Source of the DNA: a virus
IMG/VR virus record: IMGVR_UViG_3300033064_006579
Span: 32,001-96,000 of that record
Direction: 5' to 3' (one strand)
DNA length: 64,000 nucleotides
Below are positions 37,024-45,306 of this stretch, in pieces. Both the position numbers and the translations under genes were made by a program. Every line of letters starts with the position of its first letter. Positions within the stretch are counted from its first letter, which is position 1. A model generated the notes under the pieces. That model was given only the letters and a program-made list of their open reading frames with translations. It had not been told where the DNA came from and searched no databases.

Positions 37024-39032
37024 TTCATATTCCTCTTTTCTTCCTCCGACATCTCTGCGGGATCAAGGAACATCCCTTTGTCGACATTAAACACCCAGTT
37101 ATCCGGCAAACTCAAGCGCTTCTTTTCGGTAAGCAAGGTGTTCTCAATGTTTGCTCCGGCGAGTTGTTGTTGGGCCTTCAGAGATTCTATTTGCAGAGAC
37201 ATTTTTTCAGTCTCGCTCTGAATCAGTCTAATCTGAAGATCCATCTTGTCTCGCTCGCTAAACATAGTCCGAACTTTCCAAAGAACTCCGTCTTCCACGA
37301 TTCTCATGACTGCTCTCCCTCCATGATAAGTTGATCGAACACCGACCCCCTCGATCCTATCGTTGAGAAGTTGTAACGACGGTTCGAACGTCGGTAAAAT
37401 ATAATGAGACGATTTAAAGAATAACTGCGCCTCGTCAAAAACATTTCTCATCTTATAGCGACTGAGACCCACGTTGAAAAGCGCAACCTGGAGCGGAGTC
37501 ATACCATCGAAATGTTGATATATTTTCATTGCATGCGTGAACGACATCAATGGCTCACTGTCCATTGTTGCAACACACATGTGAGTATTGTAAATGGTAT
37601 CGTTAGGAGCGTATTTAAGCGCCTTCATCATGTTCCCATGCTTCTCGTTTGGTCGCCTACTCTGACAAAACCTCGCGAAATGATAGGAGGCCAAAATCCT
37701 CTTGATAAGACAAAACCATATAAAGGTTATAGCGAATATAGCGACAACGATCGCAAGAGGGACGCTTCCGTTCAACTCTAAAATTCCTCCGACCGAATGC
37801 CGTGAAAGTGCAACAATTGCGCCACAGACAATCCAAAACATCGATGCTGTCGATGGTATCCTCAGGGCAAAGAAAAATATGGAATCAACAAGAAATGCCG
37901 TCATTGCAGATAAAAGAATCAACATAAACACAAAGCTTTTGCTGCCAGCAACGTCATTCAAATATTGAAATCCGCAGTAATACATCGCGCCAACAAATGC
38001 CATCCACAATGCAAAACCGATCAATCCATATTCAACAATATTTTCGAGAAAATCATTATGCACCTCTCTCGGCTGAGGAGTCAAATATCTCTCTGGATCA
38101 AGAAAGCCGGGGTATTTATCATTCAGTGCTGCCTGTGCTCGATAGACATCTTTTCTATAATGAAGAGGGCCGCCTCCACAAAACAATCTTTCTTTTATCA
38201 ATACAAGGGCAGAAGCCCAATAGCAGAAACGGTAACGAAGGGTCGCATACCACACCTGAGCACCCTTCGGATCGATTTTTTTATTCCAAAATGTATCCCA
38301 ACCTACAATCAATAGATAAACGACTGCAAAAAGACCGAAGATAACCGCGGCAAGGATTGCATGAAAAATAAATCCAGATATTAATCCATACCTCGATGCG
38401 ACCGCTGCAAAAAATAGGGCAGAAGCAGCGAATCCTATTTGACCACCCCTCGATCTCGTTTTAAAAAGAACGTAAATCGCAAACATCGGGATTATAAGGA
38501 GCGCTGAATCGTAAGTGAATCCAGCATAGATACCAAGCCATATCATTCCACAAAGCCAAGAGGCGAGAAAGTTCGGGTTGCCAATTGTCCCAATCGGATT
38601 ATCTACAGGCCCGCCGCCCTTCAAAGCATTCGGGAATAAATGGTCAACCCCATGCCTCTGACAATTGGCGTATATAGCGCAAAACGCAAGTGACCAGGCG
38701 GCGATGACCGACATCGATCTGATAGAGTCTTCGTTGAAATAAGTGCAGGCGAGTAAAAAGGTTATAAGCAGTGGGATTTGAAGCCCGATTTCCTTACGAG
38801 CATTATGAAGAGGATCAGACCATAGAACGGACATTGAAATGTAAATCGCGAAAAGAATGATAATAGTGCTCGGAACGGTTACTGGTACAAGCCCATTCAC
38901 CGCCCCAAGCACTATACCCGTGGCGGAGAGCAGGGAGACCACGAGCAACTGTGGAAGTGCGAATCCGTTGAATAGCGTCCTCGGAAGAAATATTAGTGAT
39001 GCTAATGGCATAGCTGCCAAGACCCATTCCAT
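37020..39032 (-). CDS. O-antigen ligase / O-oligosaccharyltransferase-like (Wzy_C) polytopic membrane protein
   Basis: About 12 hydrophobic helices; GTIGNPNFLA, TRSRGG, R..YW..A, HNDFLENIVEYGLIG; helical (TPR-like) and coiled C-terminus. Confidence 0.85.
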   Translation of the reverse strand: MEWVLAAMPLASLIFLPRTLFNGFALPQLLVVSLLSATGIVLGAVNGLVPVTVPSTIIILFAIYISMSVLWSDPLHNARKEIGLQIPLLITFLLACTYFNEDSIRSMSVIAAWSLAFCAIYANCQRHGVDHLFPNALKGGGPVDNPIGTIGNPNFLASWLCGMIWLGIYAGFTYDSALLIIPMFAIYVLFKTRSRGGQIGFAASALFFAAVASRYGLISGFIFHAILAAVIFGLFAVVYLLIVGWDTFWNKKIDPKGAQVWYATLRYRFCYWASALVLIKERLFCGGGPLHYRKDVYRAQAALNDKYPGFLDPERYLTPQPREVHNDFLENIVEYGLIGFALWMAFVGAMYYCGFQYLNDVAGSKSFVFMLILLSAMTAFLVDSIFFFALRIPSTASMFWIVCGAIVALSRHSVGGILELNGSVPLAIVVAIFAITFIWFCLIKRILASYHFARFCQSRRPNEKHGNMMKALKYAPNDTIYNTHMCVATMDSEPLMSFTHAMKIYQHFDGMTPLQVALFNVGLSRYKMRNVFDEAQLFFKSSHYILPTFEPSLQLLNDRIEGVGVRSTYHGGRAVMRIVEDGVLWKVRTMFSERDKMDLQIRLIQSETEKMSLQIESLKAQQQLAGANIENTLLTEKKRLSLPDNWVFNVDKGMFLDPAEMSEEEKRNMK

Positions 39033-39067
39033 CTCTTTTCTGCTCTCCTATTAAACAGTTGAAACTG

Positions 39068-39457
39068 CTACCCACCAATAGCAACGGGACCACCGAAAAA
39101 AATTACTTTGATCACGACAGAGATGATCGCCGTCGACAATATAATGAGTAACCCCCAAAGGCGTCTAACCGACTTCTGGTTCATCAACACCTTTGATACC
39201 AACCCTACGTTCTGTTTACCATCTCCCTTGATGGCAATAGCGATGTCATCTATCGACCGCTTAATTTCCTTCTGAAAATCAGTAACGGTCGATAGATTTC
39301 CGTCAATCTTTTCTACTAACCTCTTCTCAAGATCATTAATTTGTATTGTAAACCTTGGAACACTGTCTTTGAGAAGAGCAATATTGACTGTTTGAATACA
39401 ATCATGTGAGTTTTCTTTTTTCGCCGATGAATTCATGATATATCGCTCCGCAATCAA
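39068..39457 (-). CDS. Coiled-coil protein with C-terminal membrane anchor
   Basis: IKGDGKQNVGLV...LWGLLIILSTAIISVVIKVIFF. Confidence 0.6.
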   Translation of the reverse strand: MIAERYIMNSSAKKENSHDCIQTVNIALLKDSVPRFTIQINDLEKRLVEKIDGNLSTVTDFQKEIKRSIDDIAIAIKGDGKQNVGLVSKVLMNQKSVRRLWGLLIILSTAIISVVIKVIFFGGPVAIGG

Positions 39458-39503
39458 TTTTGTTTATCGCCTCTCGAACCTATGGCGGGTGGTCCAACGG
39501 CGT

Positions 39504-39911
39504 TTACTCCACAATCAATGCCCAACGAACAGAAAAAGTATTCGTTGTACCAGTTCCGTGTTGAGTCGATCCTGACTTCGACACAGAAGCCTCCAGTTTG
39601 ATGAACGGCATGACGGGATTGAATTTTTTTAGATAGGCTCCGTTGGACTGAGGTCCACTGACGGATGTGCCAGACTTGACGAGAAAGACGTCGTCCTCCA
39701 TTGCATAAGTAACGCCTGTCCTCGTGTAGCAACCCTTCCAATAAACGGCTACACTCCCACCAGTTCTCCCGCTGTCCCCCTCAACACTGGCAAAGAAATA
39801 AGCCTCAGAAATGTCCCTCTTGGCATTGATTAAATTGACAATGGCAGAGCTGACCCCTGAACCAGGCGTCGCTCCTGTTATACCAGATAAAGTTCCTACT
39901 TCGATCAGCAT
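39504..39911 (-). CDS. Virion-associated beta-rich protein
   Basis: Downstream of MCP; S/G/T-rich. Confidence 0.65.
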   Translation of the reverse strand: MLIEVGTLSGITGATPGSGVSSAIVNLINAKRDISEAYFFASVEGDSGRTGGSVAVYWKGCYTRTGVTYAMEDDVFLVKSGTSVSGPQSNGAYLKKFNPVMPFIKLEASVSKSGSTQHGTGTTNTFSVRWALIVE

Positions 39912-39938
39912 AATCTTAACCCCCTTTAATATAAAGCA

Positions 39939-40373
39939 TTAAGTGCCAATCGCAATATAATGGACGCTCACCGCCCCAGAATATGTCACTCCAGCCAGAT
40001 TCAACTTATAAGGAATAAAACAAACTTGAGTTGCACTACCAAACGGTTGACCATGCATTGGGTAAACAGTAACAGCAAATCCGGTCACGTCGGTAAACCC
40101 AGCAACCGATTTTGACGACGCCGAAGCGATCACATTATCAATTGTAGTTAGTCCGCAACCCTGCCTATCTATCGAACCGCCAGAAACGTCGAGAACTCCA
40201 GCCGTCATCTTCTTACCTTGCGCCGTAGCATAGGGCAATGCATAACCATCGGCCATATCGACCCTGTTTTTATAGATCGTGACGCCAGAGGGACTGGTAA
40301 CAAATGTCACTCCAGACGCGATACCCCAGTTCCTCGAATACCTTGTGGTTGCTCCACTTCTTCTTCTTGCCAT
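39939..40373 (-). CDS. Virion-associated (head fibre-like) protein
   Basis: RBS GGAGG; ends VHYIAIGT. Confidence 0.65.
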   Translation of the reverse strand: MARRRSGATTRYSRNWGIASGVTFVTSPSGVTIYKNRVDMADGYALPYATAQGKKMTAGVLDVSGGSIDRQGCGLTTIDNVIASASSKSVAGFTDVTGFAVTVYPMHGQPFGSATQVCFIPYKLNLAGVTYSGAVSVHYIAIGT

Positions 40374-40477
40374 GACTTTTAATCCTCCATTTTCTCATTA
40401 TTTTCAAAATCGGGGCGGGGGAGAGAAAATGTAACCGTCCTCTCCCACCCCACATTCACTCACACGAAGTGAAAGTC

Positions 40478-41569
40478 TTACGCGGTCAACTTCAAGCAAT
40501 GCTTGTCGTCGGTCGCTCCAATCTGCCCATAGAATCGCACTTTGTATTTGAATTTAATATCTCTGTGAAACTCGTCCTCGTGCCCGGCTTTGGCGGTGAA
40601 GGTTTGGAGATCCCAAACCTGCGACCAAACATAATCCTCCATGAAATCACCGAGATACCAAGTAGAAGTACTCTGGTTGGTGATGTAAGGGCTTGTAAGG
40701 GGAGTAAAGGCACCCTTCCAAATATTAACTGCATTCTCAGTTCCCTCAGGTACGAGAGTTGATTTCTGCATCTGCACAGCCTGAACCCAAAGATCAAACG
40801 GGAACAGGGCATAGACATTGGCAGGATCGACGAGAATGTAATCGTCTTCCTCATCTGTCATATTGTGAAACAGTTTATTCGCCTCAAGTAATCCTTCCTC
40901 GCCGAAAGGGGTACTTACTCTCGAATTGATTTTTCTATCACCGGTGGCGGCAACCCTATAGAAAGCAGTGGCCACGCCTTCCGGCCTAAATACATTGCTA
41001 TTAATATCCTGAACCCCCTCGACAATAAGTCTCTCTTTCTTTTGAGCAGCCTTCTTACCAATACCCTTGGCTCTGGTAATGACCTGTCCAGTTTTATCGA
41101 AATAAATCATTTCCTCGGTCACATCGATGATGCGACCCCACTTAGTATGAGGAACCGTCACATACTTCTCGGCCATGGTTGCCCGGTTGTACGCCTGACC
41201 CTGGACAACTTCGTCCGGGCTTTCAGAGGCATCAAAACCAGCATACGTTTCGACCTCCATTTTCGATGGAGAAACCGTAACGAGATTTTGGCCAATCGTA
41301 GGAACGGCGTCATACGCCTTGATCAACGTAGAGTTGATCAGCTCTCCCGTGATTTTTGGGAAGAGGTCGGAAGACACAGCTTCCGAAACGGGTTTTACAA
41401 AACCCTGCGCATCGCGCTCGAAAGCATCCCAAATCTCGCGGAGAGAGAAATCGTTTGGGGTAATATCACCCTTAGAGATCATTTTCCTGATCGTCGCAAC
41501 CGTTCCGTCGACGCCAAGAGATTCCGCCATATCCCTGAGAGCAACTCCCAATCTATTTATCAACGCCAT
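40478..41569 (-). CDS. Major capsid protein (HK97 fold, Mu gpT-like)
   Basis: 363 aa; TKWGRIIDVTEEMIYFD, WYLGDF, YKVRFYG; follows scaffold and decoration genes. Confidence 0.9.
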   Translation of the reverse strand: MALINRLGVALRDMAESLGVDGTVATIRKMISKGDITPNDFSLREIWDAFERDAQGFVKPVSEAVSSDLFPKITGELINSTLIKAYDAVPTIGQNLVTVSPSKMEVETYAGFDASESPDEVVQGQAYNRATMAEKYVTVPHTKWGRIIDVTEEMIYFDKTGQVITRAKGIGKKAAQKKERLIVEGVQDINSNVFRPEGVATAFYRVAATGDRKINSRVSTPFGEEGLLEANKLFHNMTDEEDDYILVDPANVYALFPFDLWVQAVQMQKSTLVPEGTENAVNIWKGAFTPLTSPYITNQSTSTWYLGDFMEDYVWSQVWDLQTFTAKAGHEDEFHRDIKFKYKVRFYGQIGATDDKHCLKLTA

Positions 41570-41596
41570 AACTATTTTTCTCCTTCCATAATTTTT

Positions 41597-42118
41597 TTAG
41601 GGAACGTCTATGACATTCCCGAATATCCGACTCCACATCCGCATCAGCACTGAGCTCCGAAAATTGCCGCCGTCCCCGGCGACTCCGATCCAATCTGAGG
41701 TAGAACTCGTAATCGCAACTTTCTGGTTGTACAACGTCACCCCCGAACCGGCAGGTATGATATAATATAACACCTTGGTGGAGCGTGAATTTCTGAGTGG
41801 ATATCTGAAAAAACCATCGATATAAACCCCTAATTCCTCAGTCACTCCGCTATCGGAGTGCCATGCAGCAACACCAAGAAAATTACTGGCCGCAAGCTTC
41901 CTATTGCTGGTAAGCGTAAGGATTGAACCCGACACTTTATCAAATGGATAGCCATACCAATTAGCAGTAGAAGCGCCTCTTTCCCGCAATGCATCGGTTT
42001 TATCAAGAAAGACAAAGTCACCCTTATCAATCTCGACATTACCACGAATCTTGACGGTACAGATTGGAAAACTGTGCTCCCAAGATTCATTGATATTTCT
42101 TCTATCGTAATCGCTCAT
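41597..42118 (-). CDS. Head decoration/cement-like protein, paralog 2
   Basis: IDKGDFVFL...NFLGVA...GFFR shared with 42118-42633. Confidence 0.6.
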   Translation of the reverse strand: MSDYDRRNINESWEHSFPICTVKIRGNVEIDKGDFVFLDKTDALRERGASTANWYGYPFDKVSGSILTLTSNRKLAASNFLGVAAWHSDSGVTEELGVYIDGFFRYPLRNSRSTKVLYYIIPAGSGVTLYNQKVAITSSTSDWIGVAGDGGNFRSSVLMRMWSRIFGNVIDVP

Positions 42119-42633
42119 TAGACCAAAGTGATCATTGAACTTCCAGAGAGCAGGGTCATCAGCATGAAATCGACATGCGTTGCGCTTGGCTCATGTTTGA
42201 CAGCTCTCCCAACTCGGCAACTGTCATGATCCCCACCGTGGCCGATGGAGACGGTAGTGTTCGAGATAGAAACCCCACCGGTAAAAATGGTTGACGCAGC
42301 AACAGTGAGTCCGACTTTACTGAACATACTCGTCGCACTGGTGCCGAGCTTTACCTGAGCCCTGAAGATTCCAGCGGTAGCAATCGGGATATCCTCTGTA
42401 GTTCCAGAGATACTTCCCTTCATCGAAACACCGAGAAAATTCTGCTCGAAGTACGCCGGTGAAGTGCCATTAAGCTTGGGGTACACAGGGTAGACATAAG
42501 AATCGCCAGTTCCACCAACTATGGCATTACCGCGACCCAAAAATATGAACTCTCCTTTATTAATCACGTCGTTGCCGTGAACCTTCCCTTTGATCTCTTG
42601 GGTATCACCCCTCAAATGTTTTACAACAGGCAT
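42118..42633 (-). CDS. Head decoration/cement-like protein, paralog 1
   Basis: INKGEFIFL...NFLGVS...IATAGIFR...VGRAV. Confidence 0.6.
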   Translation of the reverse strand: MPVVKHLRGDTQEIKGKVHGNDVINKGEFIFLGRGNAIVGGTGDSYVYPVYPKLNGTSPAYFEQNFLGVSMKGSISGTTEDIPIATAGIFRAQVKLGTSATSMFSKVGLTVAASTIFTGGVSISNTTVSIGHGGDHDSCRVGRAVKHEPSATHVDFMLMTLLSGSSMITLV

Positions 42634-42669
42634 TTTAATTTCTCCTCCTTCTCGTTAAATTACTATTGA

Positions 42670-44238
42670 TTACCCACCAATAGTGTCGATCATCTTCTTT
42701 CTTGCAGCCTCCATTTTTTCTTCCGAGACTTTACCTTTACCCCTATCTACATCATCACCGGTATGGTCGTCGCCGAGATTTTTGACATTTCCAGAACCCT
42801 TAAACCACGCATCCTTACGATCAGTCAGGGCTTCGGTAATCTCATCATCAGTCATACCCATCAAGGTCTTTTTGAAGAAGTCAGAAATTGCTTCTGCCGG
42901 CAACTTCAACTCTTCGATCTTCTCGCCAATGAAAGACTCTTTCTTCGAGGCCTTGGTATTGGTCTCAAACTCGTCGACCTTCAACTTCAGGGCGTCGCGC
43001 TCCTTAGAGAGCTCCTCGTTAGCGGCCTTCAGGTCATCATGAGCTTTGGTAAGCTCATCGAGCTTCGCCTTCATCGCCTCAAAATCCTCAGCCAACTTCT
43101 TCACCTTCTCGTCGCCATCGGCCTCGGCTTTGATGGCAGCTATGAGAGCCGGATTTCCCTTCGCCAGATCGGCGATTGTAATTTCGTCAATTTTCATTTC
43201 GTCATCCTCCTCAATTAAATCGTTTTCTTTAATAAGATCGCTTTTACCAGACAAAATCTTGTTAATCTCACCCTCAAGATCGTCTAAAACAGATGCAATC
43301 TGCGCCTTTTTATCGGCAAACTTCTTGCCCTTCTCTCGCAAGATCTCATCAATAACCTCACCGGCATCCCACTGAATCCTATTAACCGCCTGTGATATCT
43401 TCCTGTCTTTGATTCGATCCTTAAGAAGCCCCTCTTGACCATCCTTTGGGTTGGTAATCAAGAGATTAGTCAACCTCTTGATCATATCCATCTCGTCGAG
43501 TTCGTCGTCGAGTTCGTCGTCCTCAGGATAGGATTCAAAAAGGCTTGTAGTGGTCGCCGCAGCGGCAACGAGATCGATAGACTTCAAAACATCGATATCG
43601 AGTACGTTCTCCTTACCGTTGGCATCCTTGAAGACCTTGACTCGGCTGTTGATAGAATTACCAATACCAACAGGTTTCATGATAGCCACGTCCTGAGCGA
43701 GAGGCCAGAATGCCTCTCTTACCATGAGATCGGCAAAAACTTTATCTCCAATCTGATGAGCATTGGCAAAAATACCGCCCCAATCTTTCATGTCGCGGAC
43801 ACCATCGCGATCCTTTGCCTCACTTTTGCTCGGGTGGTTGACAAACCACTTCGCGCCTTCGGCCAACGACGCCAGTTTAGTGATAGCCGGGTCGAGGTAG
43901 GTATAGCCATTTTTACTGTGTCGAGTACCAAAAACACAGACATTTTTAATCATCCTGGTTTCGGCATCAATTCCAGCTTCGTCAACGTCGGCAAAGGGAT
44001 TCTCTTCTCTAACATCTTTGAATTCCTCTGTCCTAATCAAATGTCCTTCAAATGTTTTTTTCTTAGCCATTGTTATTTCCTCTCCACCAGTCTGCTTTGT
44101 AATTGCAGCTCCTTGAATATGAGCTTTCTGTTTCGCCCTATTCCTTCCACTTTTATCACCGCATGCATAATAATATTTCTTCTGACTACCCCATTGAGCG
44201 AAACAACCCTTAGAATCTTTTCCTGTTTTAACCGGCAT
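42670..44238 (-). CDS. Prohead protease-scaffold fusion
   Basis: SKNGYTY, FVNHP, IGNSIN, SIDLV protease motifs; C-terminal coiled-coil; internal RBS+ATG at 44070 and 43197. Confidence 0.8.
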   Translation of the reverse strand: MPVKTGKDSKGCFAQWGSQKKYYYACGDKSGRNRAKQKAHIQGAAITKQTGGEEITMAKKKTFEGHLIRTEEFKDVREENPFADVDEAGIDAETRMIKNVCVFGTRHSKNGYTYLDPAITKLASLAEGAKWFVNHPSKSEAKDRDGVRDMKDWGGIFANAHQIGDKVFADLMVREAFWPLAQDVAIMKPVGIGNSINSRVKVFKDANGKENVLDIDVLKSIDLVAAAATTTSLFESYPEDDELDDELDEMDMIKRLTNLLITNPKDGQEGLLKDRIKDRKISQAVNRIQWDAGEVIDEILREKGKKFADKKAQIASVLDDLEGEINKILSGKSDLIKENDLIEEDDEMKIDEITIADLAKGNPALIAAIKAEADGDEKVKKLAEDFEAMKAKLDELTKAHDDLKAANEELSKERDALKLKVDEFETNTKASKKESFIGEKIEELKLPAEAISDFFKKTLMGMTDDEITEALTDRKDAWFKGSGNVKNLGDDHTGDDVDRGKGKVSEEKMEAARKKMIDTIGG

Positions 44239-44289
44239 TAGTTCACTTTCTATCTATTATATAATATCGCTATCCCTAAAACAAAATCC

Positions 44290-44574
44290 TCAATCTATGA
44301 TTGCCATACTCTTGCATTTCATCAATGTGGCAACAAGGTTAGACGCCACTTCGTTATAACCATCAACGGTAGGCCAATCAATAGTTTCGACCTCTTCAAC
44401 GGCTCTACGAATATCAATCGTGAAGCCAAGATCGAAAAAGTTTTTTAACGAGCGGAGCTTATTGTTCTCGGCAACCTGAGCAAAAAACTCCATTGTTTCT
44501 ATGGAGCCAAACTCTCCCCTGATATCATCTTCATCGTAAATAAGTATCAAGATTCGGCCTCCCAATGAACCCAT
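44290..44574 (-). CDS. Small acidic protein downstream of MuF (candidate immunity/partner)
   Basis: Position and size. Confidence 0.5.
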   Translation of the reverse strand: MGSLGGRILILIYDEDDIRGEFGSIETMEFFAQVAENNKLRSLKNFFDLGFTIDIRRAVEEVETIDWPTVDGYNEVASNLVATLMKCKSMAIID

Positions 44575-44825
44575 ACTCCAATATCTGCATGCAATGTGCA
44601 GAGGGCGAGTTCAAAATATGTAAGGTTTTCGGTTGGAATAGCATTGTCAACCCTAAAGTCATCGATTCTGTCGCTCTCTGGAATTTTGAACTCTCTTTTT
44701 GTAGTTAAATAATTCTCGATCTCTTTCCTGGTTGCCTCATTGGCAAAAGAAACTTCAAAGGTTTTATCCTTCTCAAGGTAATTTATATACCCTCTCTTTT
44801 TTCCCTTACTAATTTCTACTCTCAT
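44547..44825 (-). CDS. Small protein downstream of MuF (candidate immunity/partner)
   Basis: RBS supplied by the 74-bp repeat. Confidence 0.6.
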   Translation of the reverse strand: MRVEISKGKKRGYINYLEKDKTFEVSFANEATRKEIENYLTTKREFKIPESDRIDDFRVDNAIPTENLTYFELALCTLHADIGVWVHWEAES

Positions 44826-44898
44826 ATATCCCCCTAAAACTAATTCTCGCCGCTCTAATCGCCACGACAGTAGGTTTTCTTTCTAAAGCAATAGTAAT
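44825..44898 (-). repeat. 74-bp dispersed repeat, copy 2
   Basis: Identical to 30372-30445. Confidence 0.95.
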
Positions 44899-45075
44899 TT
44901 ACCTTTGTTTAAATTTCGGGCAGTTCTCAGTGACATTCTCAACGAAATCCGGGATTGCTTCTGGATACTCTTCGCAAGTAAATCTCCCGATATCTCTGAA
45001 ATCACTATCGTCCTCCGGAGGCTCCCACGCAAGGTTGAACTTGCATTTCCCGCACTGTAGAATTGGTATTGTCAT
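44899..45075 (-). CDS. Small Cys-rich protein (58 aa), paralog of 45072-45278
   Basis: Manual: MTIPILQCGKCKF...CEEYPEAIP...CPKFKQR. Confidence 0.7.
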   Translation of the reverse strand: MTIPILQCGKCKFNLAWEPPEDDSDFRDIGRFTCEEYPEAIPDFVENVTENCPKFKQR

Positions 45076-45278
45076 TTGCCCTCCTTATCGTAGACAATTT
45101 TATTGTCTTGATCTTCCCTGACTTTTAAATGCAAATATTCACCATAAGCTATTTCATTAGGTATCCCATTTGGATAAGCCCTACAAATCACTCGTTCTGT
45201 CATTTCTGTGCTATCAGGCTGATCTACACCAATAAAATGCTTACATTTTCTTTTAAAACAATTGGGTTCTTGCAGCAT
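45072..45278 (-). CDS. Small Cys/His-rich MuF-associated protein
   Basis: CFKRKCKHF...CRAYPNGIPNEIAYGEYLH. Confidence 0.75.
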   Translation of the reverse strand: MLQEPNCFKRKCKHFIGVDQPDSTEMTERVICRAYPNGIPNEIAYGEYLHLKVREDQDNKIVYDKEGK

Positions 45279-45306
45279 AATTTACTCCGTGAACATATTA
45301 TCAAAT

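Noticed and set aside
40412-40452. Intrinsic terminator after the major capsid gene
   Set aside because: A GC-rich hairpin is present but the loop is long and the U-tract weak; plausible but not supportable.
43435-44241. Long plus-strand ORFs (this one and 14086-14805, 9441-10094, 28210-28863, 41042-41653)
   Set aside because: Antisense shadows of well-supported minus-strand genes; no RBS or recognisable motifs.
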